Source: Eledone cirrhosa (lineage: Eukaryota). From it: 64,000 nt of DNA. The position numbers were made by a program, and so were the translations under genes. Below the pieces are notes generated by a model, which was given only the letters and a program-made list of their open reading frames with translations, did no database searches and was not told the origin of the DNA. How positions within the stretch are numbered: the first letter of the stretch is position 1; every line of letters begins with the position of its first letter. Shown here in pieces: positions 11,943-24,454 of the stretch. The stretch is from positions 270,568,001 to 270,632,000 of the forward strand of contig OZ024740.1 in assembly GCA_964016885.1 (NCBI GenBank). The letters are read 5' to 3'.

Positions 11943-14900
11943 ATGACCTCACTCAGAATAGGCAGCATAAATGCGCGTGGCTTGGGGTCGTCATGGAAGC
12001 AGGGCCACCTGCTCAACGACCTCAAGTCACTAAACATAGATGTAGTGGCCATCAGCGAGACCAGAATCTCCGAAGCACGGGCCTTCGCACCGATCTCCGG
12101 CGGCTACGATGTGTACGCATCTCCCAGCCGTCCTGGATCTTGGGGAGGAGTTGCTGTGCTTTTTCGGAGAGGTTTGGATCTCGCCATACGGGCCATCTTC
12201 CTGGACCCAGAAGGTAAGTTGGTGGTGCTGCACGTGACCAGAGAATACGGGCCAGCTTTCAGGCTGGTGGCCGTCTATGCCCCGAGAGGAGCAGGGCGGC
12301 CTGATTTCTTCCGGCGTCTGGAGACCTTTCTTGGAACGTCCCGCTCTTTAGTGTTAGTGGGCGACTGGAACGGGATATTAGATGCACGCTGGGACTGTGT
12401 GAGATTAGCGGATAGGGGAGGAGGGTGCAAGGGCCTCACCAACCTGCTCAGGCGTTTTGAACTGTCTGATAGGTACCGATTGTATTTCCCGAATGTGCCA
12501 ATGTGGACTTGGACAAATCGCATAGGGTCACCATATCATATCTAGATAGAGTATTTTGTAGGGAAATAGATAGGTCTAGCATAGGCTGTCCACAATTCAA
12601 GATAGTCAGCTACACGGACCACAAATTCGTGATCTGTGTGCTTGACTTAGATAGGCTTCATAGACGAGGACCCGGCTACTGGAAACTAAACGCGTCCTTA
12701 CCAGCGCGCAAGGCCTACAGAGACCGGATTAGCGAACTAGTTAAGCGGGCATTGACGGGGGCCATCGTCAACAACAAGCGGTGATTTGCTCTGAAAAGAG
12801 CGATTAGAATAGAGTCTATTAGGTTTATTAAGGCTTTAGCAATAGAGAAAAATATTGCAGAGGGAGAACTAGTTAGAAAATTAGACGAGGCGCTTAGCAA
12901 AGGCATCGTGACCGACGTACTTGCAGCGGAATTGTTCCTTGACCAATTCTTCAATGCAAAGCACGAAGGTTGCGTTTCAGAGCTAGGGTGCGTGCTTTCA
13001 GACACGAGGGGACGAAAGCCGTTCAATGGGCCCGAGTGGCGGAGGCGCGTCGTGGCAACAAAGCTACGATCCGGTCTTTGGTGGACCACGACGGGCGCAT
13101 GCTACTCGATCCCGGGCAAATGTGTTAAGCTTTTCAGCGACACTTCGCTCAGCTGTTCGGGGGAAGCGGTGGGCTGGGTCGAGGGATGGACTTTAGTGTC
13201 TACCTCGACGGACTGCCGCGGCTCTCGGCCACTGAGGCGGAGTGTTGCGAAAAGCCGATAACAGCCGCTGAAGTAAGGGAGGCAATGACTGGCTGCACAA
13301 GGGGTAAATCGCCTGGTTTGGATGGTCTGCCCTATGAACTTTACGTACAGATGCCAGACTTGTTAGGAGGCCTCTTGGCGGACGTCTACTGCAACTGGCA
13401 ACAGAACGGGAGTATTCCCAGTTCTGTGAGCCGAGGAGCGGTGTCACTGCTGAGAAAGGATCCGAACAAGGGGGATAACATAGATAATTTCCGTCCCATA
13501 ACTCTGCTAAATACAGAGTTCAAGATTTTGGCCAAGGTGCTAGCAAAGAGGTTGGCGCTTGTCGTTGGTGGTCTGCTGGGAGAGGCGCAGACATGCGCCA
13601 TTCCCGACAGATCCATCCATGACAACCTCCACCTCATGCGATACATCGTAGAGAGGGTAGCTAGGGAACCTGGCACGGGCGGGTCCTTGATCAATTTAGA
13701 TCAGTCCAAAGCTTTCGATAGGGTCGACCATCGTTACCTAGCGGCAGTCCTGAGGGCGGCTGGCTTTGGGCCCGTCTTCAGAGGCTGGATCGCTGCCATG
13801 CACAGCGACATCTGCTTTGTGGTGAGAGTGAACGGTCACCTTTCGGAACCGTTCAACATCATGCGCTCGGTCCGCCAAGGATGTCCCCTCTCGTCCCTCT
13901 TGTACGTATTGACTCTCGAGCCATTACTACACAAACTGGAGACGTTGAGGGGCGTCCCGCTCGAACTAGGATGCGGAAGATCCGTGTCAGCATATGCTGA
14001 CGATGTCACCGTAGTGGTGTCGAACGCCAAACACATCGAGGCGATCGGCACTACACTAAGAGAATACGAAGCGGTGACAGGAGCAATGATCAACCAGGAA
14101 AAGTCAGTGGGCCTGCAGTTCAGCACCTGGAGAGGCAGGTCCATGCCGTCCAACAGCGTCGTCGGACGCTGGACGGACGGACCCGTCAAATTGCTAGGGG
14201 TCTGGTTCGGTCCGGACCTCCAGACGGACAAAAACTGGGACGAGGTGACGAGCAGGGAGGCTTCTCGCACCCAGAAATGGGCGGAGAGGAAGCTATCCCT
14301 GAAAGGTCGAGCGGAGGTGGCTAACGCGTACATCGCGTCTGTCATCTGTAACCGCCTGACCGTCGTACCTTGTCCTAAGCCCCGCCTGACTGCGCTGGAG
14401 CGTTTGCTCTTTCGCTTTTTGTGGAAGGGACGCGCTCCGATGGTCAGGCAGTCCATCTGCTGTCAACACCCGCTACGTGGAGGGCTGGGCATGCCGTGGC
14501 TGATGATGCGCAGACACGCTCTCAGGCTACGACATCTCCACCTCTTCCTCGACAGTGATCAGGTGTGGTCGCCGTTTGCTAGACACGTATTTCCCCAGCT
14601 CGTTTCCTTGACGGAACTGCAGTCCTGGGTCAAGCGAAGACTGAGAGGGAGCGCCTGGAGACTGGAATGTCTTCAGGCGCTCACAGCCCTCGACCAATCG
14701 GGCAATGTAATCGGTGGAAACTCCACCTCGGCGTTCTATAGAGGATTAGTGGAGGGGAAGAGCGACGACGTACTTGGAGAAACTCTAGGCGTCGACGAAA
14801 ATCAACTAGACAATCTCTTCGGAAGAACTTTCGGGCCGGGACCTATGGACAATTTCCAGAAATCTCTGGCCTGGCAGTGCTACCGAGGAGCCTTGCCAGT

Positions 14901-15360
14901 TCGGGATAAACTCTACAGGCATGGAGGTGCCGTCAGCCGGGCATGTCCGAGATGCGCGCAGGGCGACGAAACCGTCCTGCACGCAATCGTCCAGTGTCCG
15001 AAAATTGCTGACTTGTTTGTTTATGTCGAACACCTGCTGTCGCGTGTAGGACGGATCCGGCTATCATCTTAGTCCATCGTGAGGATTTCCCCGCCCTCTT
15101 CCTTTAGCCGGGAAAGGCAGGCAGTTTTTATCTGTCTGGTGGCCATGGCGAAAGAGATAGTATGGTGGACACGTTTGAAAGGGCTGAAGACGAGCACTTA
15201 CCTCTTCGGTGATGCCCTGATTAACTTTTTCAAATTCCATTTGAAAAGTAAAATCAGAGTAGAGAGGGAAGTGCTCTCTTCCCAGCATTTTGTTGAAAGA
15301 TGGGTGAGAGAAGCAAGAATGGCCCGAGTGAATGGGCCTACTCTGAGTACGTATCTGTAA
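11943..15360 (+). pseudogene. LINE ORF2: APE endonuclease, reverse transcriptase, C-terminal zinc finger
   Basis: SINARGL, ISETR, VYAP, VGDWN, YLDRVF, TDHK (APE). KSPGLDG, FRPITLLN, LDQSKAFDRV, VRQGCPLS, AYADD (RT). CPRC...ETVLHAIVQC. Broken by frameshifts near 12.54 kb and 13.0-13.1 kb and stops at 12782 and 15070. Confidence 0.92.
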
Positions 15361-15619
15361 ATTAAAGGTGGAAAACTGGGAGAGGGCACTTGCCTTGGTG
15401 GTCAGGGTCACTGTGGCCTTTTACTGGGCTTTCTCCACAAATATCCCTCCGAAGTCTCCCCCTATTGGGGAATTTTTCATTGTTATTTTTTTGTTACATC
15501 TTCTGTTTTTGTTTTTTACACGCAGAAATGCCCATTTGTACCGTCCTGTATTGTTCTGCACTGTCCTTAATGTCTACTTTATGTAAACCCTTGTGGTTAA
15601 TAAAGAAATCATTATTATT

Positions 15620-16300
15620 ATTACTATTTCTCACTCTCCTGCTATTGTTATTATTATGACTATTACTATTATAGCTGTTATTTCTATAGTCTGAGTTATT
15701 GTTTACATTACTACTACCGTTATTATTGTTGTTGTCCGTATAGTTGTTGTTTATTTTTGCATTCCAACGTATTTTTGTGAAACACTTTTCCAGCTCAGTT
15801 TTACACTCGATTGGATTTATTTTTCTGTATATAGCAAATTTTGGTGGGAGCTGTAGCACCTGTTGTTCCTGTTCACTGATTAAAGTGTTCCCATAAATAT
15901 TTAGTGTATGGTCATTCGTAAATTCTGCCGGTAATGCTACGTCTGTCATACAGATATTGTTGATCTTAGCTGGGTATTTTTGAAAATTTTCTTTTCTCTT
16001 TTATTCTTGTTTTTTCTTCTTCATCCATCTTAATTTCTTATTGAAATGTTTATTGCATTCGTTTTGAGCATATTTTGTTTCATGTCGAATGATGTTCATG
16101 AGTTTATTTACCTCGTTTGATGTGGTGAGATTTTGAATTTCCTTAACATTAACGTGTTTCTGTTTGTGAAGTTCGTTAATTTTCGTATATGTTATTTTTT
16201 CATATTGACTGTTAACGTGTTTTAGGCGTTCAGCTTGTGTTTTGTTTAATAATAAATTATTTACTTGTTTTGATATGTTTGTCGTGTATATTTTGAAGGA
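15620..16300 (-). mobile_element. N-terminal fragment of a Penelope-like element ORF, cut off at an Asn/(AAT)-rich stretch
   Basis: EQQVLQLPPKFAIYRKINPIECKTELEKCFTKIRW resembles the pre-RT L-x-L-G/P-P-K-F...R-W motif of Penelope-like elements. The upstream 16001-16250 reading (HFNKKLRWM) fits a PLE N-terminus. Confidence 0.55.
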
Positions 16301-16330
16301 AACACACATATATAGAGAGAGGGTGAGGGG

Positions 16331-16374
<44 letters not shown>

Positions 16375-16949
16375 CGTACATTGCTCAAGCGAAGAATATA
16401 ACTGCAATTACAGCCAGTTACTATAAACAGGCTTATAAAATTCGAGTGGGGCAACATCTTTTTCTGTCTCTAAGAGTCTTTAACAGATGTTTATAGGCTA
16501 TTTTGTAGAAACTGACTGTAATTGCAGTTATTTTATGCGCTTAAGCATCCTACATATTGTATAATCTTTTTTCCTCGAGGCTTCGTAAGTTAGAGTGTTC
16601 GAGCTTCACACACAAAGTATAAAGTTAGCCTGGCGATATATGTATGTATATATATATATATTTATTTATTTATTTATTAAAATAACAGATTAAAGTTTAA
16701 GCAAAGAATCGCTGCTTTCACCCTTAACGGGATCTTCTGAAACTAACAAAGTCAATCTGTAAACGCAGAAGTGGATATTTCAAAAAACGTTGCAACCGGA
16801 GGAAGACAGGAAGACGATACTTTGGTTCGTGGAAACGTTCCCTGGCAAAGAACGGGAAAAAACGAAAATAATACGTCATTAATAGGAGCGGTGAAAAATA
16901 ATTACGCGCAAAGACAGAACCACGTTTATGGTATAAAAGAAGTCGTTAT

Positions 16950-17185
16950 ACTTTGGGAGGGTCATATTGCCAATAAAAACACACGCACCTGTTGGTTTTC
17001 ACTTCAATTTATCATAAACTGCTTAGTCAGTGAGGAGGTCACAGAATGTGTGACGAAAGAGCGTTGACAATATATAAACAACCTTCCGGTTATCGAACCA
17101 ACCAACCAACTGGAAACTTATAATAAATTGAACTGAAAATCAATAGGTGCGTGCGTTTTTATTGGCAGTTGACCCTCCTAAAATA
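16950..17185. repeat. Fold-back element related to 6127-6465
   Basis: TTTGGGAGGGTCATATTGCCAATAAAAACACACGCACCTGTTGGTTTTCA is mirrored by TGAAAATCAATAGGTGCGTGCGTTTTTATTGGCAGTTGACCCTCCTAAA. Confidence 0.7.
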
Positions 17186-17308
17186 TAACAAGACATATTT
17201 TCAGATAAGAAATCTTGCAAAACAAATTAAAAAAAGAACTATATATATATATATATAAAATATTAAACAAATAATGAACAAACAATTCCTTATATTAAAC
17301 AAAAAAAG

Positions 17309-17463
17309 TTCACTATTTAACGATCGTTTCTAGGGCATATATGTGTTATAATTGGTATGCATATTTAACAGATCTATGTACAAAATTATACAAAATTATA
17401 CAAATTATCAAGATTAAATATACATACCTAACTCATATATACGCCGTCTTCAGAAATAATGAA
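17309..17463 (-). ncRNA. Type I hammerhead ribozyme fold with a very long stem II
   Basis: Minus strand: TTCATTATTT-CTGAAGA-[~115 nt hairpin, including GGTATGTATATTTAA / TTAAATATGCATACC]-GAAA-CGATCG-TT-AAATAGTGAA. 10-bp stem I, palindromic stem III, GUU cleavage site. The base of stem II is imperfect. Confidence 0.7.
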
Positions 17464-18039
17464 GTATATTTATTGATAATAACAACAATTCAAAATATCA
17501 GTTCAAAATTGACCAATGAAAACACAAAGGGTTAAAAAGCAGTTTGGTGTGTGTATATACATGTAAAAACCTTACACACATTTTACAATAATGTGTGTAT
17601 AATTTGTATGTGCATACTAAAAAGATGGATGCAAATAAAAAATTTCAAGGTTAATATCTCTGTAAGCTTAATGCGCTGATAAGATACGCAATGATACTTA
17701 TGGAGTCAAGCATATAAATATATTTTTTTCATACTCACACATATCAGTATAATCACACATACATGTGCGTATATGTATAAATATACACATAACCACGAAC
17801 ATACAAACACACACACTCCCCCACTCACATTTATATATGTGGATATAAAATCATAAGCAAATAGAAATAAAGTCACTCACATAAAACACTGGTACACACA
17901 TTTCAAGATCAAGATACAGAAATTAGGTGGGATGGGGGGGGAGGGGTCAGCATTAGATTGTCAGACCAGACAGCCTAATATAAATGTATCTATAAATTAT
18001 GAAAAATAAAAAAATAAAAATAATAAAATATAATACATA

Positions 18040-18231
18040 TAATATAATGTACATACGCATACAGATATACATACACATACATACATGTACGCGCACATAG
18101 AGATATCTACACATACATACATACACACATACCTATACTGTCATAGACACACATACATTTACACGAACATACACATACACATATAAAAAGATATAAATAC
18201 AGACACACACACGCGCAACACATACACACAT

Positions 18232-18274
<43 letters not shown>

Positions 18275-18639
18275 TATATACACACACACATAGACTCATA
18301 TATATATACATACACATACATATACCTATACACAAACATATATATTCCACACTCATACCACCATAAAAACACATACAAACACCCAGATGTATATATATAT
18401 ATATATATATATACATATATATCAACATACACACACGTACACATATATGTATATATATATATACATATATACACACATACATACATATATATACACACAC
18501 ACATAAAATACAGACATGCACACACATATATACATATATATATTTCATTACTCTTATATATACACATAGTATATATATATACACAACCTCACTTATACAC
18601 ATATACACACAAGTTATATTACAATAATAATAAAGAATA

Positions 18640-18686
<47 letters not shown>

Positions 18687-18807
18687 TATACATACACGCA
18701 TATACATATACATACATACATACACATACATACATACACCTAAATATATACATATATAAATACACACATACGAATAAAGACATATATTCACACATAGACA
18801 CCTATAT

Positions 18808-18848
<41 letters not shown>

Positions 18849-18889
18849 TATATACACACACATACACATACATACACATATATATATAT

Positions 18890-18920
<31 letters not shown>

Positions 18921-19340
18921 GACACACATATACACTCACATATATATATATATATATATATATATGTGCATGTGAGTGTGCGCAAATACATATATATATA
19001 TACACACACATACAAACACACAAAAAACACATACATATGCATACGTGCACATACACACACATATATCACATAGATACGAAGATAAACATATAAATAGAGA
19101 GACATACAAATATATATAAAACCCATATACACATACATACAAACACGCATATACATATATATACATATATACACATATATATATTCCTATATACAAGCAT
19201 ACATATACACACACATATATACATATACATACACATATACATACTACACATTCACATACACATACATATATAATACATATATATACATATATATACATAT
19301 ATATGTATGTACAATCATATATACACACTCAATCTTACAT
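18040..19340. repeat. Compound (TA)/(CA)/(TACA) low-complexity tract
   Basis: Direct inspection. Confidence 0.95.
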
Positions 19341-20674
19341 TCATATTTACATGCTCATATATGTATTTTTATATTTAGAAATAAATACCAAAAAACTAAA
19401 TAGACACCCGTCTACACATATATTCATACGTATACACTTACAAAAACAGATGATAATAGTATGGGGGAAAGGGGGGGTTTGGAGAAGGGGATCAAAGTAA
19501 ATATATGTTTCAAGAAACATATAATATTTTCCATATCTTAATTCAATGTATGTTCTTACATATTTTCAGTGCTAGGAAACACGAAATCTATGCATCACAA
19601 AATAAAAAAGTATACCATTAATCATATGTCAACTAAACCAAAGATAGTCAACATATTGATTTCCAAGGTGTAAATTAGTTAGGTTTATAATATTTGAAGC
19701 AGAATTATGAAGTCAAACAGTAGTAGATTATTAATTACATTATAACTAAATTAAAGTTAATAACGTTATGGTATCAATATAAGGAGATGAATTTAGTAAT
19801 AGGGAAAAGAAACCCAAATAAAAATAAAATAAAGTATTACATCGGTAGTAGCATATAAATTATATGTTAACTAAGTTAAAAATTATATATTTATTTCAAT
19901 AGTATACGTTAATTAGTATATGTTAATTAGGTATACAATACATAAAGCAGATATTGTATTTCATCAATAGCATAATATAATTATATGCAAATAAAAATCA
20001 AAATTAATACGCATACATATACATATACATACATATACACATACATATACATATACATACACATATATTTATATACATATACATATATATACACATACAT
20101 ACATATATAGTCACATAAAAATACATACGGATACACATACAACACACACATATACATATACATATAGATCTACATATCTTTTTCAAAAAATTGCACAGAA
20201 TATATTAACTAGGTATATATCCAAAACACCTCCCATTCTATGATTACATGACATTCTGCAATTCGTCTGTACAAGGATACTAATTTTAAGCAAATTAAAA
20301 TTAAAGTTTTAGGTTGATTAAAACTAAAACCAAATAATAAATATATTTCCAAAATGTATATTAATTAGGTCAATAATACTAAAAATTCTTTCTCCGTCAT
20401 AGGATACATGATATTATTTTGTTATATTTTATCTGTAAAAGAATTATAAAAAATTATAATAAAAGGTTAAACTAAATTAAAAAATTATAATAAAAGGTTA
20501 AAATAAGTTAAAATTAATCTATAAATTAAATTACTGAATATATATTAGTAATATTTAAAGGTTTTTCAAAATTTATGATTCCATAATATTTTCTCATCTG
20601 TAATAAAATATTAATTAAATTAAATTTATAGGTTAACTAACATTTAAATTAAATTAAATTCTAGAATAATGTTA

Positions 20675-23072
20675 TTAATTAGGTTTATAATATTTAAATG
20701 TTTTTTTTAGTTTATGATTACACGATATAATTAATTCCTGTCTTTTATTTAATAAGATATCCCTAGACTTCATTATTTCAAATAGTTCTTGGGAACATAA
20801 TCTACATTCCTTTCTATTATTTTGATAAGGGGTGGCTCTTTTGAGCACACTCCAGGTCAAATCATATTTTATATTTTTATTTTTATAACTATTGATTTTT
20901 TCTGCTAGAGATGTTGTATTAGCCAGTGCGGCATTTTTAAAGCTATGTTTGTGGGTATTATACCTTGTCTTAAAATTGTTAGAGGTAGCTCCTATATATG
21001 AGCAAATAGAATCTTTAGTTTTAACATTACATTTATAGACTATGTTGTTAACAAGACAATTCCCTTTTAATGGGCAGTTTGTTTTGTTTCTACAGTTACA
21101 TCCTTTCGTTAATTCTGTATTTGAGGAGATATTATTGTTAATTTGATGTACTGGTGGTATACTTATGGTTTTCTTACATTTATATGCATTATATGCACTT
21201 ATATTTTGTTTTATGTTATTTGTTGTAGAGTATGAGAATTTAACTGTAGACCTATTTAAGATTTGATGGTATTTGTGGTTTGGCGGGAAGTTTTTCTCAA
21301 GGATATAAAAAAATTTTTTAGCAATATTATCCTTAACTTGTAAATTAAAAGGAGCATTATACCAAGTAACTCGTCTATTACGGTTTCTATGTTGTTTATT
21401 ATTTTTATTATTTTTATATGTTGTATCATGATTTTTACTAGGAGGAATAATGTTAATGATCTCGCCACAACTATTTTTAGTTATATTTGTAGATTTAGGT
21501 GTTTTATCTTTTTTATTAGGAGTTTTATTATTAATATTTATTATAGTCGTATGATGAGTAGTTTTTTGAGGGTTACTATACTTTATATTAGAAGATTTAG
21601 TATTTTGGGGTATACTGTGGGTGGCATTTAGGTGTGTACTTTTCATTTGGTGTTTGTTGGTAATATTATGCTGTATGCTTTTCGTATTTTTAGTAGAAGG
21701 TATATATTCTAATCTATTTTTGTGGCCACTTCTATCTAGAGCTTCATTATAAAAGGTCGCATTTTTATCAAATACATCTTGGTTAGAAGAGAGGTTAGAA
21801 ATTCTAAGTGATATATTATATGCAAGGTTTTTAAGGATAGATTTAGGGTGATTAGATTGTGAGTGTATGTAATGTAAGTTTTGGTTAGGTTTATGGTAAG
21901 GTTGGTATATACCCGTAGCTAAATCTAAAGTTATATCTAGGAAATTTACTACTTTACTTGTTTTTTCAAAAGTAATATTAAGATTATAATAGTCTTTAAG
22001 GAAAGTTCTAATATGCTTTTTGTTTTTTTCGATTTCTGAAAGGCTAAGGTTGTTAGAAAGAAGAAGACAGTCATCACGATATAAACCACCTTTGAGGTGG
22101 GGAAAAGAGGCATTTATGTTGAAAAGGAGAAAGAGGCCCACAAGATCAGTAATTTGGGCAGAATCGCTTGAACCCATAGTAATATCAAAAAGATTACTAT
22201 AAGTGTTTCTGGTCCAGTATTCATTCTGAAATTCAATAAGTGTTTGTCTAGCATGTGTAATAATGTTAATGTCATCCGAAGTTAAATTAGATCTATTTTT
22301 AGCAAATATTAATGCTTTGTTCAGGAGTATGGGTGATATAGAAGAATAGTAATTATCTATATCAAACTGTAGGAAAGAAGCAGAAGATTTACACCTAATA
22401 TTTTTAAACCAATTAATTACCTGGGAGGTGTTTTCCCAGAGTGGTAAAATAACATATTTTCTTATTTGTGGGATGACTCTATCTAAAATTTTTTTGCTAA
22501 TTATTCCAATATCTGATTTGGAGGGACATATAAGTCTAATAGAAGGATTAGAGTTAAAGTTAGATTTGTGATCTTTCAGGTTGAAGTGTGGACTTCTCAA
22601 TGCCAAAGGTTCAGTTCTATCTTCAATATTTAGTTTTTTTACTATGTTGTGTGTTTTGTTGTTGATGTTGGTGAGTGACACATTATTAGATTTTTTATAA
22701 TTTTTTCTGAGTTCTTTATATATGAACTCATTATAATATTCAATATCCATATGATACAAGTTACCAGTTTTGTCCGAGTGGACATGGATTTTTTTAGACT
22801 TTTTTAGGTCCAATAGGGTAGAATCAAGGTCCTTTTGAAAGACGGATTTATACTTTTTAAATTTAAGGTGTTTAATTAAATTAAAAAGGTCTTTCTCGAA
22901 GTCTTCAAGTAAAAAGTTGTGTGGTGGATTCTTGTAAGTGTTGAAATCATACATATATTTCCGATCTGCTTGTTTAGATTTTCTATCAAAGTGGTAGGCT
23001 CTCCATCTAACCCTTCTGATAAAATTATTAGTTTTCTGAATCATAAGGAGTAAGAAGTCGTCCTCTGTTTTA
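20675..23072 (-). CDS. Penelope-like element (Naiad-type) reverse transcriptase + C-terminal GIY-YIG endonuclease, open frame of ~800 codons lacking its native start
   Basis: FIRRVRWRAYHF, SDKTGNLY, KDHK..F...PSIRLICP, FDIDNYYSSI, ITMGSSDSAQITDL, LYRDD, FLDITL, YHKPN, WYNAPF, CNCRNKTNCPLKGNC, IVYKC...YIGATSNNFKTRYNTH, CRLC..E. The first ~60 aa of the listed 859-aa ORF derive from an adjacent repeat. Confidence 0.88.
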
Positions 23073-23084
23073 TATATATATATA

Positions 23085-24220
23085 TATATAAAACAGAGGA
23101 TGTCTGTCTGTGTCTGTTTCCCTAAAACTCGAGAAGTACCCAACCGTTTTTTTTCAAACTTTACAAATGTAACCCGTATGGTACCGGAAGTGTTTTCAGC
23201 CAAAAAAGATTTCAAATTATTCTGACCTAGGGATCGAATTAGTGAAGTGGCCAATGTCTGTACATAATGAGGGCGTGAGAGGAGAGCGAAAGAAACAGAG
23301 AGGCGAAGTGAAGAAGTGGCTCTCTACTCCTCCTCCTCCTTCTCCCCATTCGTCACAGCGTTTTTCGATAGAGGGGAGAAATGTGAACGAGTTACAGAGA
23401 GAAAGAGTGAGAGTGAAAGAAACAGACAGACTAAAAGAGGGGATAAGCGGGAGAGAGAGAGAGAGAGTGACAGACGCCGTCTTTTGAGAGTTGTACGCGA
23501 CTGTGGAATAACTATTGCGTGTGTGTGTACGTGCGTGCGCGCGTGTGTGTGTGAGTTTGTGTGCGTTTGCATGCGTGAGTGTGTATGTGTGCGTGAGTGA
23601 TTATAAACTCTCTCACATGGTCTGTGGTCTGATGGAATTAACCCTTTAGCATTTACATTATTCTATATATACTATATTATTTTCATGGTAAAGGCTTTAT
23701 CTCACATAATCTAAAATTCTCATAGATTTAATATTATTTATTTTGAGAACAATACCTTAACCCTTTATTATTAATGTGAGTGAGTTATAAAGAGAAAGAG
23801 TGAGATTGAAAGATGCAGACAGACTAAAAGGGGGGGGGGATAGCGGGAGAGAGAGAGAAACTCTGGAAGAGGGGAAGGTAAGCTATATGTCTTGCTGTCT
23901 GCATTACGATACATATATATACACACACACACTGATCGCGTCATAATGACGTAATGCAGACAGCCAGACATACAGACAGATATGATAAGGGCGCAACGTT
24001 ATATCAATGTATCTATCTAAAAAGAATTATAGAGAGAGATCGCTAAATCGCCTAATGCGGTCCCTAGGGCATTGAAAATTTGAAATATATTTTTGCTCAA
24101 AACACTCACACGACCATAAGTATTACATGTGTAAAGTTTGAAAACAATCGGTTGGGTGGTTCTCAAGTTTTAGTGAGCTGACAGACAGACAGACAGACAT
24201 TCTCTGTTTTAGATATATAG
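23085..24220. mobile_element. Composite bounded by two inward-pointing Helitron-like 5' ends
   Basis: TATAAAACAGAGGATGTCTGTCTG...CTAAAACTCGAGAAGTACCCAACCG...TTTCAAACTTTAC at 23087-23165 and its reverse complement at 24125-24220. Internal 23258-23470 is homologous to 26900-27110 and 28580-28790. Confidence 0.55.
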
Positions 24221-24454
24221 ACTAGCAGAAAACCACCCGGTGGGTGGTTTTCTGCTAGTCGATATATATTTAACACACACACAAACACAAATACAGACAC
24301 ACACACACATACATATATATATATACACCCATGTTCATATTTTGAGATGCATTATTCTAAAATCAGATTATTATCTCTGCCAGGAAGAACCAGTTTATAA
24401 TTTTTAAGAAAAATTAAGCATACAGACATATTTTAGGAAACTTATGAATTCCTG

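Larger units (their letters stand above)
9781..15610 (+). mobile_element. Near-full-length L1/Tx1-like LINE (ORF1 + APE-RT ORF2), disabled
   Basis: Begins right after (ATT)n. Carries ORF1 remnants and ORF2, and ends at AATAAAGAAATC followed by (ATT)n. Confidence 0.88.

Noticed and set aside
18107-19328. Many Y/I/C/V/M-rich ORFs (also ~1.9-2.3, 5.1-6.5, 24.4-24.9, 26.3-28.3 and 50.8-51.2 kb)
   Set aside because: Translations of stop-free (TA)/(CA)/(CT) microsatellites and minisatellites, not genes.
20555-20602. SECIS- or hammerhead-like hairpin (minus: CAGATGA...GAAA) in the Naiad 3'UTR
   Set aside because: The ORF has no in-frame TGA, the core is CAGA rather than CUGA, and the segment is explained as a decayed copy of the ORF end.
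23073-23254. N-terminal ~60 aa of the listed 859-aa ORF
   Set aside because: Read-through into (TA)n and the antisense of a Helitron-like end, not part of the native protein.
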